From NCBI GenBank assembly GCA_963845185.1, contig CAWJRG010000009.1, forward strand, positions 896,001 to 960,000: 64,000 nt of DNA. The letters are read 5' to 3'. Source of the DNA: an uncultured bacterium. GTDB lineage: Bacteria; Oederibacteriota; PGYV01; CAWJRG01. A program made the translations under genes and the position numbers. The notes under the pieces were generated by a model. That model saw only the letters and a program-made list of their open reading frames with translations. It had not been told where the DNA came from and ran no database searches. Shown here in pieces: positions 56,216 to 64,000 of this stretch (within the stretch, counting starts at the first letter, position 1; every line of letters starts with the position of its first letter).

Positions 56216-56932
56216 TTAATTTTTCATCACATTTATCATTTCCCGGACAGCTTTATTCATGCCTACAATGACTGCTCTTGCTACAATATTATGTCCGATG
56301 TTCAAATCTTCTATTATTTTTATATTGGAAATCTCGCTTACGTTACTGTAAGTAAGTCCATGCCCTGCATTTATCCCCAATCCAATATTGTGTGCAAAAC
56401 ATACGGCATTTTTTATTTTTTCTAATTCCTTTTTGATCGTCTTTTTATTTTTGGCATTTGCATATTGGCCTGTATGTATTTCAATAAAGTCGGCTCCGCA
56501 GTCTTTTGAAGCTTTTATCTGCAAAAAATCAGGATTAACAAATAGGCTTACTATTATTTTCTTGCCATGAAGTTTTCGTATTACATTTTTTAATCTATTT
56601 TTATATTTTATCACATCCATCCCACCCTCCGTCGTAAGTTCCCGCCTTTTTTCCGGCACTATAGTCGCTTCATCTGGCACTATTTTAAGAGCTTGATTGA
56701 CTATAGCTTTATTTATTGACATTTCAAGATTGAATTTGATTTTTAAAATCTTTTTTAAACGCTCCACGTCTCTATCGTTAATATGTCTTCTGTCTTCCCT
56801 TAAATGAACGGTTACACCTGCTGCGCCTGCTGCTTCGACTATTTTAGCAGCTTCTACAGGATCTGGCACTCTCTCCTTTCTTGCTTGCCTGACCGTAGCC
56901 ACATGGTCTATGTTAACACATAATTTTGCCAT
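56216..56932 (-). CDS. pdxJ: Pyridoxine 5'-phosphate synthase
   Basis: VNIDHVATVRQAR, HLREDRRHI, NAGHGL, LNIGH. Confidence 0.97.
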   Translation of the reverse strand: MAKLCVNIDHVATVRQARKERVPDPVEAAKIVEAAGAAGVTVHLREDRRHINDRDVERLKKILKIKFNLEMSINKAIVNQALKIVPDEATIVPEKRRELTTEGGMDVIKYKNRLKNVIRKLHGKKIIVSLFVNPDFLQIKASKDCGADFIEIHTGQYANAKNKKTIKKELEKIKNAVCFAHNIGLGINAGHGLTYSNVSEISNIKIIEDLNIGHNIVARAVIVGMNKAVREMINVMKN

Positions 56933-56934
56933 TT

Positions 56935-57357
56935 CTATTTACCTCCGGCCTTTTGTCCAGACAAACGTGATATACTTTTTAAAATAACGCTTATCTGCAT
57001 TGGCGATATTTCCTCTATAGCAATAACATTTGGTAAAAATTTTATATTTTGCCGCGTGATTTTAATGATATTTTCGCCTTCCTGAGCTTTCTTTAAATCA
57101 ATTACGGCTATTATATTTTTTCTTTCGATCTTTGCTATGTCATCACGCCTTCCAACAATAAGGACATCGAGAGAATTCTTGAAATTATTTGTTATTTCCA
57201 TATTTACCGGAAGATTATTGATTTCAACAGGGATATTAAGCAATATGTTTAAGTTCTGCTCCTTGACAACATATATCCACAGAATTATTGCTAATATAAT
57301 CGAAGCAAGTTTATATTGCCATTTATCCGCAACTACATTTCTAAGAAAATTTTTCAT
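56935..57357 (-). CDS. cdaR: CdaR/YbbR-domain protein (short)
   Basis: KLASIILAIILWIYV anchor plus one YbbR-like domain; directly after cdaA. Confidence 0.8.
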   Translation of the reverse strand: MKNFLRNVVADKWQYKLASIILAIILWIYVVKEQNLNILLNIPVEINNLPVNMEITNNFKNSLDVLIVGRRDDIAKIERKNIIAVIDLKKAQEGENIIKITRQNIKFLPNVIAIEEISPMQISVILKSISRLSGQKAGGK

Positions 57358-57369
57358 GGAATTTTACCT

Positions 57370-58149
57370 CTATCTTATTTTAGGTGCGTATAAAGAAAGA
57401 ATTTCAAGAAGGGTTTCGCCATTTATATCTGGAGTTATCTTGCCGCCTATCGCTAGTGATATTGTTTTTCTTTCTTCCGAAACAATTATCGTTATCGCAT
57501 CTGTTTCTTCGGATATACCTATTGCAGCCCTGTGCCTCATTCCGTATGATTTATCAATGTCTTCTTTTTGAGTTAGAGGCAATATACAGCCTGCTGCAAC
57601 TATTCTTCCTTCCCTTATTATCACAGCGCCGTCATGAAGCGGAGATTTCGAGTTAAATATTGTTACGAGTAGTTCAGATGTTGTTTCTGCATCAATTTTG
57701 GTTCCGGTATCTATAAATGCCTTCAGGTTTATATCTCTCTCTAGAACTATAAGCGCCCCTGTTTTCTTTTTGCTCATTATTTCGGCAGCTGCCCTTATTT
57801 CTTTGTAAAGCTGTACATGCTCTTTAAAAAAAACACCCCGAAACATCCTGTTTTGTCCCAGTTCGACAAGAGCCCTTCTCAATTCAGGCTGAAATACAAT
57901 TACAAATGCGATAATCCAGACAGCACTTAATGCAGTTAAAATCCATGTTAATGTATAAAGGTTTAACAATTTTGCTATAAAAACAAAAAACAATATTACC
58001 ACAAGTCCATTAAGCATTTGAACAGCCCTAGTTTCATAAAGCAGAAGAAAAACATTATATATTACAAAGCTTACAAGCAATATATCCATTATATCATTCC
58101 ATTTAATACTCATAAGTAAAAATGGCATCGTCTTTAAAAAATCCATCAT
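57370..58149 (-). CDS. cdaA: Diadenylate cyclase
   Basis: Three TM helices, VFQPELRRAL, PLHDGA, GMRHRAA, VSEE. Confidence 0.96.
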   Translation of the reverse strand: MMDFLKTMPFLLMSIKWNDIMDILLVSFVIYNVFLLLYETRAVQMLNGLVVILFFVFIAKLLNLYTLTWILTALSAVWIIAFVIVFQPELRRALVELGQNRMFRGVFFKEHVQLYKEIRAAAEIMSKKKTGALIVLERDINLKAFIDTGTKIDAETTSELLVTIFNSKSPLHDGAVIIREGRIVAAGCILPLTQKEDIDKSYGMRHRAAIGISEETDAITIIVSEERKTISLAIGGKITPDINGETLLEILSLYAPKIR

Positions 58150-58150
58150 A

Positions 58151-59011
58151 TCACTTCACCGCCTGCATTGGCTTACTGCCTATCATTGCATCCATAATTT
58201 TGGATATTTCGCCCATTTCTTTTACGTCATGTACCCTTATAATGTTTGCGCCTTTCATTATTCCATATGAAACAACCGCTGCTGTGCCGAACAGCCTTTT
58301 TCTAGGTTCAGCATCAAGAATCTTGCCAATGAATGATTTCCTTGAAGGTCCAATCAAAAGCGGCATGCCGAAGCCCTTAAATTCATCAAGGTTATTCATT
58401 ATTTCTATATTGTGTTGAATTGTTTTTCCAAAACCTATTCCGGGATCAAGGATTATTTTATGATAGTCAATACCTGAAGATACTGCGCTGTTTATTCTTT
58501 TTTCAAAAAATTTTTTTATATCGTTTATTACGCCCGCCGGTGAATAAGACGGGTTATCCTGCATTGTTGCCGGTGTCCCTTGCATATGCATAATGATATA
58601 ATAAGCTTTAAACTCTGCAGCAATTTCAAATATAGCGCTGTCATATGCTCCAGAATACACATCATTTATAATGTCCGCACCGGCTTCCAAAGCTTTCTTT
58701 GCAACAAATGGTTTATAAGTATCTATAGATATAACTATATCATTGTTCTTTTTGCGTATGGCTTCTATAACCGGTATGACTCTTTCCGCCTCTTCTTCGG
58801 GATTTAAAGCCGTTGCGCCAGGTTTTGTTGATTCTCCCCCTATATCAATAATATCCGCGCCGTTTCTTATCATTTTAAATGCGTGTTTTACAGCTTTATC
58901 TTTATCAAAGTATAATCCGCTTTCAAAAAATGAATCCGTGGTAATATTTAATATACCCATTAAATAGGTCTTTTTAAAATCAAAATCAGTTTTTCTTATC
59001 CGCATAAACAT
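58151..59011 (-). CDS. folP: Dihydropteroate synthase
   Basis: MGILNITTDSF, IDIGGESTKPG, LDPGIGFGK, SRKSFIG, IRVHDV. Confidence 0.97.
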   Translation of the reverse strand: MFMRIRKTDFDFKKTYLMGILNITTDSFFESGLYFDKDKAVKHAFKMIRNGADIIDIGGESTKPGATALNPEEEAERVIPVIEAIRKKNNDIVISIDTYKPFVAKKALEAGADIINDVYSGAYDSAIFEIAAEFKAYYIIMHMQGTPATMQDNPSYSPAGVINDIKKFFEKRINSAVSSGIDYHKIILDPGIGFGKTIQHNIEIMNNLDEFKGFGMPLLIGPSRKSFIGKILDAEPRKRLFGTAAVVSYGIMKGANIIRVHDVKEMGEISKIMDAMIGSKPMQAVK

Positions 59012-59021
59012 GACAAACTCC

Positions 59022-59585
59022 CTAATTTTTATGTCCTATAAGATCAAGCGCCTCTTTTCTTGTAGATTCATTTTTCCTGAAGGCTCCTCTTAGAGCTGAA
59101 GTAACCATTTTTGAGCCCGGCTTTTTAACACCCCTCATTGTCATGCAAAGGTGCTCAGCCTCGATTATGACAAGCACGCCGAGCGGATCAATGCAAGTGA
59201 CTATGAAGTCGGCTATTTGAGAAGTAAGCCTTTCCTGAAGTTGCAGCCGTTTCGCAAATATCTCGACAATCCTTGCAAGCTTGCTCAAACCCAACAGATT
59301 GTTGTTGCTTGGTATGTATGCTATATGCGCCTTACCGAGAAAAGGCATAAGATGATGTTCGCACACAGAATAAAATGGTATGTCTTTTAAAATAATCATT
59401 TCGTCATGTTCTTCGGAATTAAAAACTTTGATAAGTTTTTTAGGGTTCTGATTTATACCCGAAAAAATCTCTTCATACATGTCGGCAACTCGTCGTGGGG
59501 TTTCTTTAAGACCTTCCCTATTTACGTTATCCCCTATTGCACTTATAATCATTTTAATTGCCTTTTTAATTTTTTCCTTATTCAT
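59022..59585 (-). CDS. folE: GTP cyclohydrolase I
   Basis: [36 protein letters not shown]. Confidence 0.97.
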   Translation of the reverse strand: MNKEKIKKAIKMIISAIGDNVNREGLKETPRRVADMYEEIFSGINQNPKKLIKVFNSEEHDEMIILKDIPFYSVCEHHLMPFLGKAHIAYIPSNNNLLGLSKLARIVEIFAKRLQLQERLTSQIADFIVTCIDPLGVLVIIEAEHLCMTMRGVKKPGSKMVTSALRGAFRKNESTRKEALDLIGHKN

Positions 59586-61420
59586 TTTTGTTTTTTTCCA
59601 TTGATCTCGGAAAGCATCTTTTCAATATCCTCTCCTTCAATAACCTCCTTTTCAAGCAATGTAGTGGCCAGTTTATCCATCAATTTTTTGTTTTTAATCA
59701 ATATGGATTTTGCGCTGTCAAATGCTTCCGAAACGATATCTTTTACTTCTTCGTCTATAAGTTCCGCCGTTTCATCGCTGTAATTTTTTTCTTTCAGGAG
59801 GTCCTTGCCTATAAATACCTCAGCACTATTTTTGCCATATGTAATGGCGCCAAGCTTGTCGCTCATGCCGTATTCGCATACCATTTTATGTGCAATTTCC
59901 GTGGCGTGCTCAATATCGTTACTCGCTCCGGTTGATATTTCTTTAAAAACAATCACTTCGGCAGCCCTGCCTCCAAGCATGACTTTAATGTTGTCAAGCA
60001 TCTCTTTTTTTGTTGCCAAGAACCTGTCTTCAGTCGGCAGTTGCAGCGTATATCCGAGAGCATGATATCCTCTCGGTATAATAGAAATTTTATGTACTGG
60101 ATTTGTGCCGGGAAGAAATTTTGCGACAAGGGCATGGCCTGATTCATGATATGCAATGATTTTTTTCTCCTTGTCTGAAATTATCCTGCTTTTTCTTTGC
60201 GGACCTGCTATCACACGATCAATCGATTCCTCAAGATCAGACATTTCAATTTCTTTTTTGTTGCGCCGCGCAGCCAAAAGCGCCGCTTCATTTGCCAGAT
60301 TTGCCAGGTCCGCGCCCGTAAACCCCGATGTACGCCTTGCGATAATTGATAGATCCACGCTTTTGGCCAGTGTAAGTTTTCTTGTGTGGATTTTCAATAT
60401 CCCTTCCCTGCCCTTCAAATCTGCCCTGTCAACCACAACCTGCCTATCAAATCTGCCCGGCCTTATAAGAGCAGGATCAAGTATATCAGGCCTGTTGGTA
60501 GCTGCTATTATTATTACCCCTGTATTCGCTTCGAATCCGTCCATTTCCACAAGCAACGCATTTAAAGTTTGTTCTCTTTCGTCATGCCCACCGCCAAGTC
60601 CAGCACCCCTATACCTGCCTACAGCATCAATTTCATCTATAAATATTATACATGGCGCACTTCTTTTTCCCTGCTCAAATAAGTCCCTCACGCGCGCGGC
60701 ACCCACTCCTACAAACATTTCAACAAAATCCGAACCCGATATTGTAAAAAACGGAACCCCTGCTTCGCCTGCTATCGCCCTAGCAAGAAGGGTTTTCCCT
60801 GAACCTGGAGGCCCTAAAAGTAACACACCTTTTGGTATTTTTCCACCAAGTTTTTGAAACTTTTTTGGATCCTTTAAAAAATCAATTATTTCAGATAACT
60901 CTTCCTTTGCTTCGTCAATCCCGGCTACATCTTCAAAAGTTACTTTGCCTCCGCCCGGTTGCTGCAATTTTGCTTTGCTTTTGGCAAAATTGATTGCCCC
61001 ACCTGCTCCTCCCTGTGCTTTGCTGAATATAAATATCCATATTACCAGTATTAATATTATCGGCCCCCAAGAGAAGAAAAAATTTGCAAGAAAATTACTA
61101 AATCCACCCGGAACCTTTGCCGTCATCTTAACATTATGGTCGCGAAGAATCTGGTAAAAAGCAGTATCATTTGCAGGCGCAAGTGTTGTAAATTTAGTAT
61201 CATCTATTTTTGAACCTTGCACTTCGGTTATATTAGTATCTTTTTGCATCATATTTATTTCTTTAACTTTATCTGCTTTTACCTGGTCAATGAATTCCGA
61301 GTACCCTAATTTTTGCGGAGTTGCTTTTTCAATAGAAGGTACCAAGGAATTAAAAAGCCATATAACAGTTATAATTAAAAATATCCAAAAAGTTATTGAA
61401 AGTTTTGTGTCATTTCTCAA
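59582..61420 (-). CDS. ftsH: ATP-dependent zinc metalloprotease FtsH
   Basis: [34 protein letters not shown]; likely TTG start at 61420 after GGAGG. Confidence 0.98.
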   Translation of the reverse strand: MRNDTKLSITFWIFLIITVIWLFNSLVPSIEKATPQKLGYSEFIDQVKADKVKEINMMQKDTNITEVQGSKIDDTKFTTLAPANDTAFYQILRDHNVKMTAKVPGGFSNFLANFFFSWGPIILILVIWIFIFSKAQGGAGGAINFAKSKAKLQQPGGGKVTFEDVAGIDEAKEELSEIIDFLKDPKKFQKLGGKIPKGVLLLGPPGSGKTLLARAIAGEAGVPFFTISGSDFVEMFVGVGAARVRDLFEQGKRSAPCIIFIDEIDAVGRYRGAGLGGGHDEREQTLNALLVEMDGFEANTGVIIIAATNRPDILDPALIRPGRFDRQVVVDRADLKGREGILKIHTRKLTLAKSVDLSIIARRTSGFTGADLANLANEAALLAARRNKKEIEMSDLEESIDRVIAGPQRKSRIISDKEKKIIAYHESGHALVAKFLPGTNPVHKISIIPRGYHALGYTLQLPTEDRFLATKKEMLDNIKVMLGGRAAEVIVFKEISTGASNDIEHATEIAHKMVCEYGMSDKLGAITYGKNSAEVFIGKDLLKEKNYSDETAELIDEEVKDIVSEAFDSAKSILIKNKKLMDKLATTLLEKEVIEGEDIEKMLSEINGKKQK

Positions 61421-61658
61421 CGGAAAGCCTCCTTTAATAGGCAAAAATTAATAGACAAACTTGGGATTTTTAAAGCGTCACCTTTAACATGCCCTTTTTG
61501 CTAATACAATACAACTAATTTATACACTATTTTTAAAAATCTGTAAAGAAAAAATATCAAATGTACCATTGAGTAAAATTTACATTTGTTTTTAAGCAGA
61601 TTATAAATTTGGAATGTTTTTCCCTAAAAAACAACACCTGCATCATATAACTGCTTTA

Positions 61659-62156
61659 TTACTCTCCCGAAACTTCTTTAATTTCACCTGATAACTTTAT
61701 TTTTAATATATCATATTTGTCAGATTCATTTTTGACTATATTATCAAGCACTCCGTTGATAAAACTGCCTGATTTTTCATCCCCGAATTTTTTCGCAAGT
61801 TCTATTGCCTCGTTTATTGTAACCTTATAGGGAATATCTTTTCTGTATAAAAGTTCTGCCAGGCCAAGCCGTAGTATATTCCTGTCAATGGAAAGTATCC
61901 TGTCGTATTTCCAATTTTTTAAATAATTGGGTATTATCAGATCAAGTTCTTTAAGGTTTTCAAGCACAAGTTGGACAAGTTCTTTTGAAAATTCTTTGGA
62001 TTTCCCCAAAAAGCCATCCTGTGTGTTATCCTCATCTTCGGTCAAAAAATTGTAATTTTCTATAAATTCTTCAATTTCCTGCCATGATTTATTTGCGATA
62101 TCAACCTGATACAGACTTTGAAGTGCTATAATTCTTCCCGCATGCCGGATTCCCAT
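61659..62156 (-). CDS. nusB: Transcription antitermination factor NusB
   Basis: [37 protein letters not shown]. Confidence 0.96.
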   Translation of the reverse strand: MGIRHAGRIIALQSLYQVDIANKSWQEIEEFIENYNFLTEDEDNTQDGFLGKSKEFSKELVQLVLENLKELDLIIPNYLKNWKYDRILSIDRNILRLGLAELLYRKDIPYKVTINEAIELAKKFGDEKSGSFINGVLDNIVKNESDKYDILKIKLSGEIKEVSGE

Positions 62157-62162
62157 TATTCT

Positions 62163-62627
62163 TTATTTCATGCTGTCAAAAAGGCTTGTCATTTCAAGTA
62201 CGCTTAAAACTGCATCCCTACCCTTGTTTCCGCTTTTCATTCCTGCCCTGTCCATTGCCTGCTCTGCGGAATCCGCGGTTATTATTCCGAAACCTATAGG
62301 AATTCCTGTGCTGATGCTCTGACTCGCTATGCCTTTGGCTGTCTCCGATGCTATAAAATCAAAATGCGGTGTATCGCCCCTTATTATCACGCCTAGGGCC
62401 ACAACGCCGTCATATTTTGACTTTTTCAGTATATTTGCTATGGCATTCGGTATTTCAAAAGAACCCGGTGTCCAATAAACATCAAGCAAATCATCTGTTA
62501 CGCCGTGCTTAAAGAAACAATCCATGGCACCTTCAAGTAGGCTCTTACTCAATAATTCATTAAACCTGGAAATTACTATGGCAAACTTTTTACCTTTACC
62601 TATAAGCGAACCTTTAAATTCTTTCAT
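62163..62627 (-). CDS. ribH: 6,7-dimethyl-8-ribityllumazine synthase
   Basis: ISRFN, PGSFEIP, IIRGDTPHFD, NKGRDA. Confidence 0.97.
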   Translation of the reverse strand: MKEFKGSLIGKGKKFAIVISRFNELLSKSLLEGAMDCFFKHGVTDDLLDVYWTPGSFEIPNAIANILKKSKYDGVVALGVIIRGDTPHFDFIASETAKGIASQSISTGIPIGFGIITADSAEQAMDRAGMKSGNKGRDAVLSVLEMTSLFDSMK

Positions 62628-62807
62628 GTTAATGCCTCCTAAACTAGATTTTTAAATAAAATAACTTATTGGCAAGTATTATAAGGTATATATAATTGAC
62701 AGTCAAGCGCTTATATCGCGCTTGTAAAAAACTATTATTGTGACAGTTCTTTCATAATTTTCCAAAGTTGGATGAAAAGATTAAAAACATATAATTCCAA
62801 TAAATAC

Positions 62808-63833
62808 CTATGTACTCGCCCTTATAACCAGTCTTGGCTCGAGTATAATTTTTTTTGGCTTAGTCTCCCTTCCCTCTATTGTATCGACAAGCATTTTGAA
62901 TGCTTCCTTTCCCATATCCTCTACTGGTTGATGTATTGTAGTAAGCGCTGGTTTTGATATAGATGCCATATTTATATCATCATAACCAACCAAAGCAATA
63001 TCTTTTGGTATATTTAATCCAATTCTATTCGCTTCATCAATCACACCCATCGCAACAACATCGCCAGCCGCGCAAAATATGGCATCAATACTAGTCTTCC
63101 TTCTTACCATATCCGCCAAAGCACTTACACCTTCCTTAAAAGCATATTCCCTGACCTCAATCACTTTATCCAAATCAAAAGGCAAGTTGCGATCTGCAAG
63201 CGCTTGCTTGTATCCGTTAAATCTTTGCAGAGGGGTAATCCCTACTCCTTCACCTTTCATCTGGCCTATAATAACACCTATGTTTTTCCTGCCTTTATTA
63301 ATCAGGTGCTCTGTGGCAAGATAACCGCCTTTGTAGCTGTCAATTGTAATACTGTGGAAACCCTCGGCTTCTTCGTCGATAAACACAACAGGAACATTGT
63401 TGGACACGCAAATCTTCCAAATCTTCCTTGTCAAATTTTAAGAACATGGAAATTATTCCATCAGCAGTTGTTTCAGATAAAACAGACTGGATAAACTCTT
63501 TTTTTTCTGGTCGTTCCCGTGGGTTGAATATTGGTTTATCGAGTATTTATGGCCCATTTGAATATTTTGTAGTTCAAAACCGTTCATAAGATAGACTTCA
63601 TAAAAAGAAAACGAACTCATGTACGCCGTGACAATTGCGACAGTTTCTGTTTTTCTCTCATTGTACGCTTCGGCTGTTGAATCCGAACTGTTTGTCAGTG
63701 TATTGACTGCATTGACTACTTTTAATTTTATTTCTTCCGGAACCGTCGCGTCGTCATTTAAAACTTTCAACACTTCATCCTCAGTTACACCAGCTTTTCT
63801 CGCTATCTGCCTTAATGTTGACCTCATGTGCAC
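62808..63833 (-). pseudogene. LacI-family transcriptional regulator split by two compensating indels (probably sequencing error)
   Basis: HTH (TLRQIARKAGVT) ORF and core ORF share one frame with a stop at 63453; the shifted frame between reads EFIQSVLSETTADGIISMFLKFDKEDLEDLR, matching the paralog at 52131. Confidence 0.8.
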
Positions 63834-64000
63834 TGTTTCTCCAATATCATTTTAATATAATAATCTTGTCTACCTTGGATCTTGCTTTCAACCCGCCTTT
63901 TTCAGCTATCACTACATAATAATATGTCCCGGCACTGAAGTCAATAAAATTGCTTCTGTCATATTGTAAAATAATACCATCTCCAACTTTTTCCATTTCT

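Noticed and set aside
62630..62800. FMN riboswitch upstream of ribH
   Set aside because: Short AT-rich spacer without RFN conserved blocks.

Overview
Bacterial chromosomal window (AT-rich, almost all genes on the minus strand). The mix of secreted enzymes with Thr/Pro 'TPT' linkers plus a C-terminal 'PNP' Ig-like domain, lipoproteins, cdaA-cdaR and pdxJ resembles diderm candidate-phylum genomes such as Ca. Goldbacteria (inference, unverified). 1-20.3 kb: glycan-degradation and surface genes (triple-CBM-like protein running off the left edge under a LacI-type operator, GH5, GH8, GH44, Kelch protein, a duplicated propeller-lipoprotein/partner pair) with murJ, a four-helix-bundle gene and a TPR gene. 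20.4-40.6 kb: a variable region with a 6.4-unit tandem array of an exactly 100-bp two-hairpin element whose dispersed copies show compensatory stem changes, three DnaA-box repeats, three ParB-like stub leaders, a helicase-nuclease, a KAP-like NTPase, a frameshifted Type IIG R-M gene, YhcG, three propeller lipoproteins and nested palindromic elements. 40.6-64 kb: mostly ordinary genes (pit/DUF47, sigma-54 two-component pair, pdxJ-cdaR-cdaA-folP-folE-ftsH, nusB-ribH, LacI regulators). Indel-type breaks in two genes suggest the assembly contains sequencing errors. No tRNA, rRNA, cas, integrase, transposase or reverse transcriptase was recognised. All calls are by eye; no searches were run.
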